Assembly (NCBI GenBank): GCA_951406725.2
Contig: OX597816.1
Location: forward strand, 156,736,001 to 156,800,000
Origin: Octopus vulgaris
Lineage: Eukaryota
Length of the DNA: 64,000 bases
Reading direction: 5' to 3'
Part shown: piece after piece, positions 13,941-26,343 of the stretch
How the letters are laid out: each line of letters starts with the position of its first letter
Position numbering within the stretch: position 1 is the first letter of the stretch
Made by a program: the position numbers and the translations under genes
Notes under the pieces: generated by a model
The model's database searches: none
Told to the model about the DNA's origin: nothing
Seen by the model: the letters and a program-made list of their open reading frames with translations, nothing else

Positions 13941-15622
13941 AAGCGATATTTATAAATATTGATTTGTATTTCACGTTCAAATCTTCCGTATATATGCCAC
14001 TTAAGCCTATCAATACATATGTGATGCGAAAACTACATTAACCACAACCTATAAGTAAGCAGTATTATTATAACGTTTTTTACAAGTGAGGATACGGATT
14101 TATAGAGGAATAAATTCAGTTCTCGGAAGCGACTTCCTAAGCCAGTAATTACGGATCAAGGTCATGTTGAAAGTAAGATTAGGTACTATTGGTGGCGCAG
14201 GCATGGCTGTGCAATTCAAAAGCCTGCTTTGATGTTATTCATATGTTAGTCACTATCCCAGTTATATCCCTTGGGACATTTAATTTTATTTGTGCATCAT
14301 GTCCGTTGAAATTTTGTCAACCCTTTAAAAAAAAAAAAAAACTTCTGTCAAACGATAAAATAATTAAAAAAATATAAAGTATACACTGCTCACAAGATGC
14401 AATTGAATCACAATAGATCGAAATGAACATCCTTTTCTTTTGCTTCCAAACAAAAATCAGAATTTCCCGAAGCATGTCAATGAATTTATTGCTATTAATT
14501 TTTTTATACTTTCGAATTAGGCTCTCTATTTTTCTAAGTGGAAATTACTGAAAAGCTCTCGTTATATTTCTCAACGAGAAATATTTCTATTGATTCAGTA
14601 ATTTTGAGAAACATCATTTACGGTATCCTCTTTCAGCTATGTTCGTAGTTCATCTAGTTCATCAAACAGTCAAATTTCAATTCTGATACAAGTTATGGAA
14701 GTAGCTTATCCTCTCTCTGTGTGTGTGTGTATGTGTATGTGTGTGAACATGTGTGCGTCTCTGTACGAGTATATGCATGTGTATGTGTGCTTTATGAAAT
14801 CCCAGGCAGACAATATTTATCACCGATTAAGACAATAAAAATAGTATTCAAGTTCTGGATAAAATTCTCGTAGGTTATTATCAGTGAAAGATCAAGTAGC
14901 CAGTAGTCAAGGACAAGATACAGGAAAGGTAGGCTTTAATATGCGAGCGTAAATATGCCTGTTCTTACTCTCTCATGTGCACCTAATAGTGTAGCGATGT
15001 GTAGGTCTATGCTTATATACGTGAAAGCAGTGTATGTATATCATGAGATGACGTTGATTGAACGATATAATTGTTGCAATTAGCGACCAAATTGTAGTCT
15101 AGTGCACACATCAATTTGTATTTAAAAATAAACTTACAAAATTCTACTTCGAAAAATCACTGGGTGAAGAGTAATTCATGATGTAACAAAGTAATTTATG
15201 AAGCAGGTAGAATAATGTTTGAATTGTATGGATTTGTAGTTTTCCATTCGAACTTTAATTGCTATGATAAAACGTATGCAATACTATCTTCTAATTAATA
15301 AATCAAAAGCGGATTGTATCAGAAATGTATTCCCAAATGATCAAATGATGAAAGGCTTTGGGGCTGAAAAGATGAAAATGCTAAAAACTTGTGGGGCTTT
15401 AGAATGTGAGTTTTTACATTTTCATGTGCGCCTATTTGTATAGATATATGTAAGTATATCTGTATGTACGTGAAAACACCGTATGCATACAACTCACCTC
15501 AAATTAACGAGATAACCAATACATATTTCAATGTAGAAACTTCCACCTGGAGATTTGGTGTCCAGTAAATGCATATCATATACAGACCTGAACTTTATTC
15601 AGATACTGACATATTAAAAAAC

Positions 15623-15715
<93 letters not shown>

Positions 15716-16623
15716 TGTATGTATGTATGTATGTAGGTGTGCATAACATTAATACATATATACACGCCAACACACATCTGTCTCTTAAATATATATTCAA
15801 TAAGAGAGAGCTTTAGGTTATCATGAAGACTAATGAATAAACGCTACATTAAATGTTTTCCTTTCTTAAAAGTCGGAACTTGTGTTTTGAAAAAATTATC
15901 TAAACATAACATTCTTTACATAATAGATACATTTTCCATTTTGGAAGAGCATATCTTTTACTCCTTTTCTTTTTAGAATCGCATCTTTCAAAACGCTTCT
16001 TCCCGATAATTTATTCCGATGGTTTATTCTTGTATCCAGAGGGCATATTTTCATATGTTGATCACCACAATTTTAGATATTATTCAACGAAGAAAAGTAA
16101 GTATATCAGATTTCTTTGAGCAGCGACTCAGTCATATCTCTGTATCTATTAAATAACACCTCGTAATTTTACTTTCGTAGAGATAACCACACTTACGTAT
16201 ACGATTTTTTTTATCGAAACAAAAATGTTTCAATCAATTTGAGTATATTTCCACACTTGATATCAAATAGATCAAGCCTTAATTTTTCGCTTGGTTTTAT
16301 TTCTACAAGTTTATATTAATTTGTAATTATAAAAAGTATATTGGCAAATCATATTGCTAACAAATTTTCTAACTATAAAAATCAATGTTAACGAAAAAGA
16401 ACCTCCAGGCGACGATACAAGGGATAAGAAGTCGAAAAGGACCGACATATGTTTATAAATGTCATTTTGGCAGCAGCAAACAAATAACATATTTCATATG
16501 GAACAAATAAATTAATCTGGTGAAATGAATTTTTGATTTTTAAAAATTTATAAATTATTTCAAATAATTATATCTTTCCACCTAAGAGAAAAGTTTCAAT
16601 TATACATGTATAAATATGTGTGT

Positions 16624-16680
<57 letters not shown>

Positions 16681-17536
16681 AAATGCCTTACTCATTCTGT
16701 CAGGTAATAACTTCATATTATTTTATCTAATATTTAATTAAATTGAAAACTATTTTCATTGAATTTATGAGAGTAAAAGAAAGAAAATTTATCTCTGATT
16801 AAGATTAAAAAAAAAGAAAAGGGTGTAAAGTTTTGAAGTAAAGTTCATCGCTTAGTATCATTAAAACATCAGATAGCCAGAAGCTAGCATAGATTTGAAG
16901 TAAGTTGAGCATATGTGTAATCTTAAATGCTTTTGTAAATAAGCATGTGAGTCTACTCGTTCACATGTGTGTTTAAGTGTGCATCGATGTTGTGTTTCTT
17001 TTTATATATTTGTGTGAGTATAGACAGAGAGTGTAAATAAATATGTTGTACTGATGAATGATAATAGTGTTTTAATTACTACAGAATCCTGTCTGCATTC
17101 ACCTAATTATAATTTCTTTTTTCAAAAATAAATAGCACACACCACTTTAGAGACTTGGCTGTATTGTGAATGAAATAGCTTTAACAAACGAAGTAGTTCA
17201 TAAACAAATTGGAATAATATGAAATTATATGGATTCATAGTTTAGACACAGGTTTCGAATAGGAAAAGTGATGCATATGTAATTTTCTAATATCAAAGAG
17301 ACTTGAAATTTATCAAAAAATGAGCCTGGGCTTGTGAACAAACCAATTAAATCTATAATACGCAAACTGAAAATGTGGAAAATTCTAGCAAACTATTGGC
17401 TACCAATTATCGAAATAATCTATGCAAAGCCGTTGCTTCCTTTCTTTCTTCCCTTCCACAATAGCTTTCTATAGACCACAATTTTATCTTCTCACAATTT
17501 CACTTCAATTGGACATCTTGCACCTGCGATAAAGAT

Positions 17537-17605
<69 letters not shown>

Positions 17606-17606
<1 letters not shown>

Positions 17607-18803
17607 GAAATACTGAAAGAACTCAAGAAAATCAACACAAATTTGTCAACTTTTTTGAACAAATTCGACTCGACACTTCAACCCAATCGAGAGAACAATG
17701 AAGAAACAGATACGAAAAATACAACCTCCGAAATTGTCGAAAACCTTGGAAACTTATGCGAAACAATTAGAACATGTTTCTCTAACAACGCTAACCAAGG
17801 ACCTCCAAACGCGTCAATATATGGGATCAATACTCTAACAACATACCAAATGAAACACCACATAATACCACAATGGAACAAATCACTCAGAGATAGAAAG
17901 TTCGCCTTTTGGAAGATGATCCAAAACAACAACAACGCGGATATATACGAAAAATGGCTCAACCGGACCCCGTTAATCCTCCCACGTAAATTCCAGTTCA
18001 AAGCTATTACAGAAGAACCTGAAACACAAAGACACCTCAGGGAGAGAATGGCACTGGAAAAAATGAAAATGGAAATAGAACTTCTGAAATTGAGGGCCCA
18101 AACGAATGAGGATAAAATAAAATCCACCGATGAAGATATCAACGAAGAAATTCGCAAAATGACCCAAGGCCCAGATCAAGAGAAGTTCTCCAAACTATGG
18201 AAAGAGGACTGTGAAAAAGAAGAACTAAAATCCCTCCAACGCTGGGAGAAAAGCGCCACTTGGTTCTCAGACTATGAAGCCGTCTTTCAAACAGAGCACG
18301 CCTCCAACAACCCTTTCCAGAAAATAAGAAAACCAAAACAACACCCAAACACCGATACACACCTGTCTAAAAATCGGAACCTTCACTACTATCAAAAAAA
18401 GAATACAGGACCTAACCCTAACTCTGTAAGCAGCCAGCGATACAATATCAGGAATACCCCCACTTCAAGCAGAGAAAGGATAAATCAACACCCACAGCAT
18501 AGACACTGCAACCTCATCCCCACCCAAAGGAGTTACCAACGAAATCTTCGTCCCATTAACCGGTTAAACAACCATGCACAACAAACCCACACCACTTGCA
18601 ATGATTACCAACGAAGGCCTCCTAGAACACCACACCCGAATATGGGATATCGGGATGCTCTCCTCAATACTGCTCCAAGAACACACACCATAAATCACAA
18701 CAGGAGACCCCTAATCAACAAAGAACAACTATATACTAGCTACCGTCCCAACCACCGCATTCATTTTTTAGACCCAATACGCAAACACAGAGACACAAGA
18801 TAG
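17606..18803 (+). CDS. PLE ORF1 (predicted coiled-coil, then low-complexity N/R/H/P-rich region); 5' end lost in microsatellite
   Basis: About 400 open codons running out of the TA/TG tract; heptad-like ERMALEKMKMEIELLKLRAQTNEDKIK; A/C-rich strand bias continuous with the RT ORF; ends ...HFLDPIRKHRDTR*. Confidence 0.7.
18764..18770 (+). promoter_or_regulatory. Candidate -1 ribosomal frameshift slippery heptamer T TTT TTA
   Basis: Correctly phased X XXY YYZ in ORF1 (cat ttt tta), inside the 18740-18803 overlap with the -1 frame RT ORF. Confidence 0.6.
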
Positions 18804-21094
18804 CACCAAACAAGCAGGAGGAACCAAAAGTAATAAAAATTATTAATCTAACTCACAAGGAACTAACAGCAAACCAAATAAACATACTTTCCAAAGGACT
18901 CAAGTTTACACCCACCCCACAACACCCCAACTACAATGAAATGAAAGAAGACATCGCAGAATTCTGCAGAAAATTAAGACTTACTGAGGAGCTATACGAT
19001 AAATACAACGAGGACGAATCGTTAGCCAGAAATAGGAGTAACTACACCCCCTCGAAAGGTAAGAATAAAACACTTGATGATTTCTGTGACCACATATCAA
19101 ATTATCCATATCAACATATGCACAAACAAAAACACAAACCAAACTTCAGCAAAAAAGAATGGGCTGAGTTGAACAAATTAAAACTAGATAAAACAATAAC
19201 AATCAAAGAGGCCGATAAAGGGAGTGCTGTTGTCTTAATGGATACGACATTTTACATAACTTTGGTACTTTCTATGCTGGAAGACACAACATACTATGAA
19301 AAGGCACAAAACTACAGTCAACAAAAAATAATGAGGGAACTAAAATCCATATTAAACCCATACAAAGCAGGGCTCACCGACAAAGAATATGATTATATGA
19401 CCAATTTCACAAGTAAAACTAGCCAATTCTACGGTATACCTAAGATCCACAAAAGTGAAAAAATAAGCAACGCATGCAAGATAGCTACAGACAAAATAAT
19501 TAAAGTCCCTAATCCTAATGACCTCAAATTGAGACCCATAATAGCAGGTCCCGCATGCGAAACCCACCGCCTCAGTAACTTTTTAGACACCCTGTTAAAA
19601 CCACTCCTCAAACATGTCAAAAGCTATATAAGGGACGACTTAGATATGCTCAATCACCTACCGAATACTATAAACAAAAACACCATACTGGTATCCTTCG
19701 ATGTAGTCAACCTCTACTCCAATATCCCCCACAACCTAGGACTAGAGGCAATCCAATTCTGGCTAGAGAATCACGCCAACGAACTACCACACCGCATCAA
19801 AAAAGAATTTGTGATAGAAGGGGTTAAATTCATCCTGGAAAATAACTTCTTCGCCTTCAATGACAACTTCTACCGACAAAAATCGGGGACTGCCATGGGT
19901 ACACGAATGGCCCCCTCCTTTGCCAACCTAGTCATAGGATACCTAGAGATCAGTCTGTATCGTAAGGTTCTAGAAAGATATGGCAGCCCTTTCTCTATCT
20001 ACATAGAAAACAACTGGAAGAGATATCTAGATGACTGTTTCATCCTTTGGCATAAAAATATAGAAAAACTCATAGAATTCCAGAAAATTTTAAACGGACT
20101 GGACGTAAACATCCAATTCACGATGGAATATAGCCAACAACAACTCCCCTTCCTCGATATCCTCATTAAGAAAGCTAATAATATAATAGAAACAGACATA
20201 TACTATAAGCCTACAGACTCTAAGCAATATCTTCCATTCAATTCATGCCACCCCAGACACACCAGGATGAATATCCCCTTCAATCTAGCAAAGAGGATAT
20301 GCACTATAGTCTCTAACGCAAACACCAGAGACACACGACTACAAGAACTAAAAGACACCCTAATCACCAGGAACTATCCACCTTCACTTATTGACAAGTG
20401 CATTCAACGTGCCCTTCAACTTAACATCAAGGAACTGAGACATCCCAAATCCAAGAAAAACTTACAACCAAAAGCCTTACCATACATCTCCACACACAAC
20501 CCTCTCAATAACGAAGCCTTCGACACCATCCTCCACAACATACCCCTCCTAAAAAAAGACCACAGAATGAACACAATCCTCCAAACACACACGATCATAA
20601 AAAGCAAAAGACAGCCTAGATCCATGAAAAGTCTCCTTACACAAGCCCGAATTCACTCTTCAACACAGAAGCCGACAGTAAAAAAATGTGGAAGACCCAA
20701 TTGCGGGATATGCGACTATCTTATTGAGGGATCAGAGTTCTCCTTCAAACAGGGACAACGGTTTACAGTGAAAAGCAACTTCACATGTGCTTCGGAGAAC
20801 CTAATATACTCACTAACCTGCTCCGGGTGTCAAGAGCAGTACATAGGCCAAACAAAAAATGGTTTGCGTAAACGAATGGCCCTGCACAGATCCCAGATAA
20901 AAATTCCCCAAAACAGAAAAATAGCTTTTAGCCAACACATAGATACTTGCGCCAACAAAAAAACACCAAACTTCAGAATTTTCCCCCTCTACCAATTTAG
21001 GGACGATACAACCTCGAGACAACGAATAAGTAAAGAAAATCTCTTTATTACAAAATACAAGCCACTTCTTAACGGGTCTACGACAAACAATTAA
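18770..21094 (+). CDS. PLE reverse transcriptase + GIY-YIG endonuclease (first ATG 18941; conserved coding starts upstream of it)
   Basis: IINLT..LSKGLKFTPTP (before the ATG), KEADKG, FYGIPKIHK, LRPII, SFDVVNLYSNIP, GTAMG, RYLDD, LPFLDI, YYKPTD..YL...SCHP, Zn-knuckle CGRPNCGIC, NLIY-SLTCSGC-QEQYIGQT, R..LH...QH, KE...I..YKP.LN. Confidence 0.95.
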   Translation, partial: RPNTQTQRHKIAPNKQEEPKVIKIINLTHKELTANQINILSKGLKFTPTPQHPNYNEMKEDIAEFCRKLRLTEELYDKYNEDESLARNRSNYTPSKGKNKTLDDFCDHISNYPYQHMHKQKHKPNFSKKEWAELNKLKLDKTITIKEADKGSAVVLMDTTFYITLVLSMLEDTTYYEKAQNYSQQKIMRELKSILNPYKAGLTDKEYDYMTNFTSKTSQFYGIPKIHKSEKISNACKIATDKIIKVPNPNDLKLRPIIAGPACETHRLSNFLDTLLKPLLKHVKSYIRDDLDMLNHLPNTINKNTILVSFDVVNLYSNIPHNLGLEAIQFWLENHANELPHRIKKEFVIEGVKFILENNFFAFNDNFYRQKSGTAMGTRMAPSFANLVIGYLEISLYRKVLERYGSPFSIYIENNWKRYLDDCFILWHKNIEKLIEFQKILNGLDVNIQFTMEYSQQQLPFLDILIKKANNIIETDIYYKPTDSKQYLPFNSCHPRHTRMNIPFNLAKRICTIVSNANTRDTRLQELKDTLITRNYPPSLIDKCIQRALQLNIKELRHPKSKKNLQPKALPYISTHNPLNNEAFDTILHNIPLLKKDHRMNTILQTHTIIKSKRQPRSMKSLLTQARIHSSTQKPTVKKCGRPNCGICDYLIEGSEFSFKQGQRFTVKSNFTCASENLIYSLTCSGCQEQYIGQTKNGLRKRMALHRSQIKIPQNRKIAFSQHIDTCANKKTPNFRIFPLYQFRDDTTSRQRISKENLFITKYKPLLNGSTTNN

Positions 21095-21224
21095 TATACC
21101 TCAACTTTAGAATAAAAGAAAAATATATATACACACACAAATATTACACTCCATAGAATCCATTACTAATCAGCCCCTTCATAGCTATATTTACACCCAT
21201 TCATATTCTCCCTTCTCTGTTTTT

Positions 21225-21261
<37 letters not shown>

Positions 21262-21873
21262 TCTTCTTCATCATCATTATCATCATCATCGTCGTCATCA
21301 TCATCACCACCATCATCACCACCATCTTCTCCTTCTCCTCCTCCTTCTTCTTCTTCTTCTTCTTCTTCTTCTTCATCATCATCGTTATCATCATCATCGT
21401 CGTCATAATCATCACCACCACCACCATCATCGTCATCTTCTCCTTCTCCTTCTCCTTCTCCTTCTTCTTCTTCTTCTTCTTCTTCTTCTTCTTCTTCTTC
21501 TTCTTCTTCTTCTACTTCTCCACCCCCTACCCCTTAACTTTGTCACTAATGTTTTTTAGTATAACACCTACGCTAATTCTATAAACAAGCCTGTCAATAT
21601 AAATATTCTCCTGAATTGAACTGAGACTGCCAGCCGCCACTGACCATTCAAAATACGACCATCAGGGCACTCCCAGATTCTCCCACCCCCTTTCCTCACC
21701 AGCCCTCTTCCTCTACTACCCTACCAAGAACTCACAACGACCTCGAACACACAAGTGCAAACAAGGGAGTCAGAGAAAGGCAGAATGCCACTTATATCTG
21801 AACACTACTATAGAAATATTCCTTTAAAAAAACTTTTCTTCTAATTTTTCTAAATTTAATTATTTAATCGTTA

Positions 21874-21911
21874 CAGTTGAAAGGGTCTCAAAATGACCGA
21901 AACCGGTACTG
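21874..21911 (+). ncRNA. Minimal type-I hammerhead ribozyme in the PLE 3' terminal region (U3-A8 variant)
   Basis: CAG-TTGAAAG-GGTC-tcaaaat-GACC-GAAA-CCGG-TA-CTG; palindromic stem III ACCGGT; position 9 is G rather than A. Confidence 0.7.
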
Positions 21912-21960
21912 AAATGTTCACTATAAAATTATTTTAGCATTTTCTATTTTTGACTTGTTT

Positions 21961-21999
<39 letters not shown>

Positions 22000-22003
<4 letters not shown>

Positions 22004-22348
22004 AAATTATTAGGATAGGAAATTTAGAAACATTTTCATACCGGTGGCTAGCATGCTTAATAAAAGTCAATAGACAATATATATTCATATACAAGAGTAT
22101 ATAAGTATTTATACACACATAGGTAACACTTGACAGGACGCCTTAAATGCTACAAAGGGCAGCCGAACTCAAACCACGAAAGGAAGTAATTCCAAAGAGA
22201 ATGACAACAAAAATTATTCATAGCTAACCGCAAATCCGAGTTTCTGTATTAATGAACACATAAAGTATTGTTGTCTATTGACTTTTATTACGCATGCGAG
22301 CCACCGCTATTAGAATTTTTCTAAATTTACTACTCTTATAATATTCAC
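22000..22348. repeat. Fold-back element, ~78-bp imperfect inverted repeats
   Basis: 22000-22077 is the reverse complement of 22271-22348 (e.g. TAATAAAAGTCAATAGACAA / TTGTCTATTGACTTTTATTA); starts at a (TA)n tract. Confidence 0.75.
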
Positions 22349-22447
22349 AGTAAAATTTTCATGATTTCAAGGCCTTTTGGTACGCACTTTTAATTTATTA
22401 TTTGCTGCTGAGTTTGAGGCTGCGATTGCGCAGTTGATTTGAAGATA

Positions 22448-22957
22448 TCTATATATATAAAACTGTAGTTGTGTGAGTGTCTGTCCCCTTCGATTTAGAT
22501 TCCTAACTACTCCCACATTTTGCGGTGCAGTTTAACCAAATTCGGGTATCTTATAGTCGTGATTCATATCGAGCCCGTCTGAGTATTAGCGCGCGTCTAC
22601 GATGAGTCTACGATTTTAAAAATAATTTAACATCATTTTTTAGTCTATTTTAATGCATAATTTTTCGTGTGTCGATGGCGGCGGAGTTGGCGTCCATGGT
22701 CACATCTGCACCTGTTTGCTTCTCCCCCTTCTTCCCTCCCTTGTGAAGCTGTGGGGAAGGGAGTGTAAGGAAATCAACGTCGTAAAGCGTTGTCAAGGAG
22801 ACCAGCGTTCTTTTAGAACGACTTCATGGCTTGAAGACACCAAAACAGAAATGGCTAAGAAAGCCCGAATTGGCATCTATAAGGGAAGTAACTCTCTAAA
22901 AATGCTTATATAGTTATTTCCCTTACAAACCCGAGCAACGCCGGGCGATACTGCTAG
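22448..22957 (+). mobile_element. Non-autonomous Helitron
   Basis: 5' TCTATATATATAAAA, 3' GC-rich hairpin CCCGAGC-AAC-GCCGGG (22930-22945) then CTAG; sits between host A and T with no TSD. Confidence 0.85.
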
Positions 22958-23064
22958 TAGTGTATAAGTATGAGACACACACATGTGATTTCGGTACGTA
23001 TTAAACTACGTAATTATGCATTGTCTCAGTGATCCCACTGACGAAGTACGGTTGATATATATAT

Positions 23065-23135
<71 letters not shown>

Positions 23136-23152
23136 TATGGTGGAGTAAATTG

Positions 23153-23447
23153 ATCAAAATAAAAATATGATGCCAAGGATTCAGCGGGACATATGTTTCG
23201 GGCCTTTATTAGACAGATTTATAACAATGCATAATGTATGTCTGTGGCCTTCTTCAGCCGCGCACAACTTCCACAAGGACATGTGTTACATCAAAAAGTC
23301 TTGGTTGGGGATGCAAATCCTCTCATTCGCGTACGACATAATGCGGCAACAGCATAGAATTGAAGCGTCCATCTCTTTCTTCTCTCAATGTAGAATGAGG
23401 AAATTTGGATGTTGAAGTAATCCTTGGCATCATGTTTTTATTTTGAT
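23153..23447 (-). mobile_element. HHR-bearing mini-element with 29-bp terminal inverted repeats beside (TA)n
   Basis: ATCAAAATAAAAATATGATGCCAAGGATT (23153-23181) vs AATCCTTGGCATCATGTTTTTATTTTGAT (23419-23447). Confidence 0.7.
23184..23261 (-). ncRNA. Type-I hammerhead ribozyme, canonical core
   Basis: GCGG-CTGAAGA-a-GGCC...GGCC-c-GAAA-CATATG-TC-CCGC: 4-bp GC stem I, GUC triplet, palindromic ACATATGT. Confidence 0.85.
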
Positions 23448-23721
23448 ATATATTATCTAAAATATATTATCTAAAAGTTAATGTACCACTTCTTGATACC
23501 CTCCATTTTCTTATTGCTATATAAATTAATGGTAAAATATCTCTTTATCTTCACCCATTTACTACACTAGGTAATGTAATTTCAATGCAATAAAAACACT
23601 TGTATGTTATTAATGTTTGACATTAGTGTTTTGTCTCTTAAACAGTAATGTTCTTTGTATGTATGTATGTATGTTTTTGTATGCATACTCATGCATATAG
23701 GTGCATACTCGTATATATTTA

Positions 23722-24805
23722 AATGATAAACCTCTGGAAAGTTTTAACATTCTTTACAGTTCTAGTGACGGATTAGTTCTGTAGTCTTTGAATTTGCTTT
23801 CTACTTCCTGGTTTTGAGAGGCTTAATTTCTCAAGATTTGTATTTAGGCAGAGTCTGTTACATATCTTAGAACTCCATAAAGTCTGCATCGGTTGTCACA
23901 TTTTACGGCTTTTTCCGCATCTCTATCCCTTTGTTGCATCAGATACTTGGTTCATATTTCCTGTTCCTTGATTGCAAACGCATACCCTTCAAAGTGGGAG
24001 GAAGTAATTTGGGTATTCGTCCATGGTAAACTGCTTTGATGATCGATGTTACTATCGTCACAGAGCTTTCTACTAACATATCCATGCATAGTCTTCTGCT
24101 AATATAGTCTCATCCTCTCATCTGATGCTACGTTGCAGTAGAGTCGTGCAACATTTTTGCGCATGTATTCCAGGTTATGAGACAAATACTGTCGCTCAAG
24201 GAGCTGCCTTCCAAGTCTTATGATGTTATCAGCCTCATGTATGCAAACTTGGTCAAAGGTTGCATTTCGAAGCTTGGTGGTTAAAAGATGTTGCTGAATG
24301 GGTATGATGCGACATTCAAAAGCATTTTGGATCGATGGTAAGCCTCTGCAGCCTTGTATGAATTTTAAGTTGATGCGGTCTACATTACTGTTTATGTGGA
24401 AATTATGTGTACTTGTTAGTATTTTTCGGGTTTTCACATCAATTGCTCAGATATCATCAAGCGTCCAATCAAACAACCCAAATACTAGCACTGCAAAGGC
24501 ATTTCGCGCCACTATTTTATTGAATGCAGAGAGTTCTAAGGTCCAACTTCTCTCTATTCGGCTGTAATATTCTTTAGTGACACGCATTTTTTTACAGGTG
24601 CCATTGTAAAATATATATTTATCCACATCTAGTTACCTGTAACATACTTCGTCATATACAGGGGAAACTGTCAAATCATTGATGGAGATGTTACTAATCT
24701 GGTTTCACAACCATATAGCATTTATCCTGACCCTACATCCTTTAAAAAATGTTGTAACTATTTCAAGGCTCTTTTTCATCTTATGTATATTCTTTGCATA
24801 AAGTT
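23722..24805 (-). pseudogene. Decayed R4/Dong-like (RLE-type) non-LTR retrotransposon
   Basis: KTRKILT...FHINSNVDRI...GCRGL (cf. HPKS..DRLY..R..GGRGL), FEGYAFAIKEQEI, C-terminal IQRLQ...TVKNVKTF; many disruptions. Confidence 0.7.
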
Positions 24806-24888
24806 AACAATTGCAGCGTGGAAGGTGTTTGTAAGCCATTTAAGAAACACACAAAAGCCGTTCGATTCACTTCAACATTTAAGTTTAA

Positions 24889-24938
24889 TTTGTCAAAATA
24901 TTTTCGTCGCTAAAATCCGCGACCTGTTCACTGACAAA
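24889..24938 (-). ncRNA. Type-I hammerhead ribozyme with G3-C8 core variant
   Basis: TTTGTCA-GTGAACA-g-GTCGC-ggatttta-GCGAC-GAAA-ATAT-TT-TGACAAA: perfect 7-bp stem I, 5-bp stem II, palindromic AATATT. Confidence 0.75.
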
Positions 24939-25078
24939 AATCCGTACTGCATCTGAGAAAGTAACATTTAGTTCGTCATATATATGTACGTATGTATGTG
25001 TGTATGTATGTATAAACGCATGTATGCATACATGTATGTATGTATATATGTACGTACATACGCCTGTGTGTATGTATG

Positions 25079-25112
<34 letters not shown>

Positions 25113-25676
25113 CGTAGATGTACCGGTGGAAACATAACTGAAACTTTGTAAAAATATATAAATTAACACATTATGTCAATTATAATTATGATTATTCCAG
25201 CAACGTCGCTGAATTACATCTCTTTTGGTGGATCTATATAATGAATTTGCTGAATCATACTGACGTTCCTCTGAATATATACTTTCGGACTATACTATCT
25301 TCTGTAATTTAGAGGAACACAAAGAAAGGAAAAACCAAAATACTACAACCATTTCAGCACAATCGTAAATTTAGCGTCACGTGACAGGAATTTCAGGCAA
25401 AAGAATAAAAATATAAGTAAAAAATACATGAATATCTAGTATAACATACATAAAAGAATTAAACGGATAAAAACTAATCTTTTAACGCCTTTGATGTCGG
25501 CAGATATATTCTTTTGAGACAACCAGTAGTCGCCTTTTATATAACATCACAGTATGTTCGCTAAATCCTGTTTTCTTGCTGACTTAATTTATGGCACACA
25601 TACCATATCAGTAGCATAATTAATCAAACTGTTTTATATATTCCCAGACGAAAAGATGTAATTCAGCGGTGCTGCT

Positions 25677-26343
<667 letters not shown>

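Larger units (their letters stand above)
17606..21965 (+). mobile_element. Penelope-like retroelement (PLE), Neptune-type, 5'-truncated, RT-EN frame intact
   Basis: Two overlapping ORFs, ~870-bp 3' UTR with (CTT/CAT)n tract and HHR; bounded by (TA)n/(TG)n at 17545-17605 and (TA)n at 21966-21998. Confidence 0.92.

Noticed and set aside
17047-17097. TGTA-CTGATGA...GTC-TGCA upstream of the PLE, possible 5' pLTR ribozyme
   Set aside because: No GAAA box, and no similarity to the element's own 3' terminus
17538-17605. ORF-track start of the 421-aa ORF (MCVYIYI...)
   Set aside because: Microsatellite read-through from a non-ATG codon; the true ORF1 start is missing or internal
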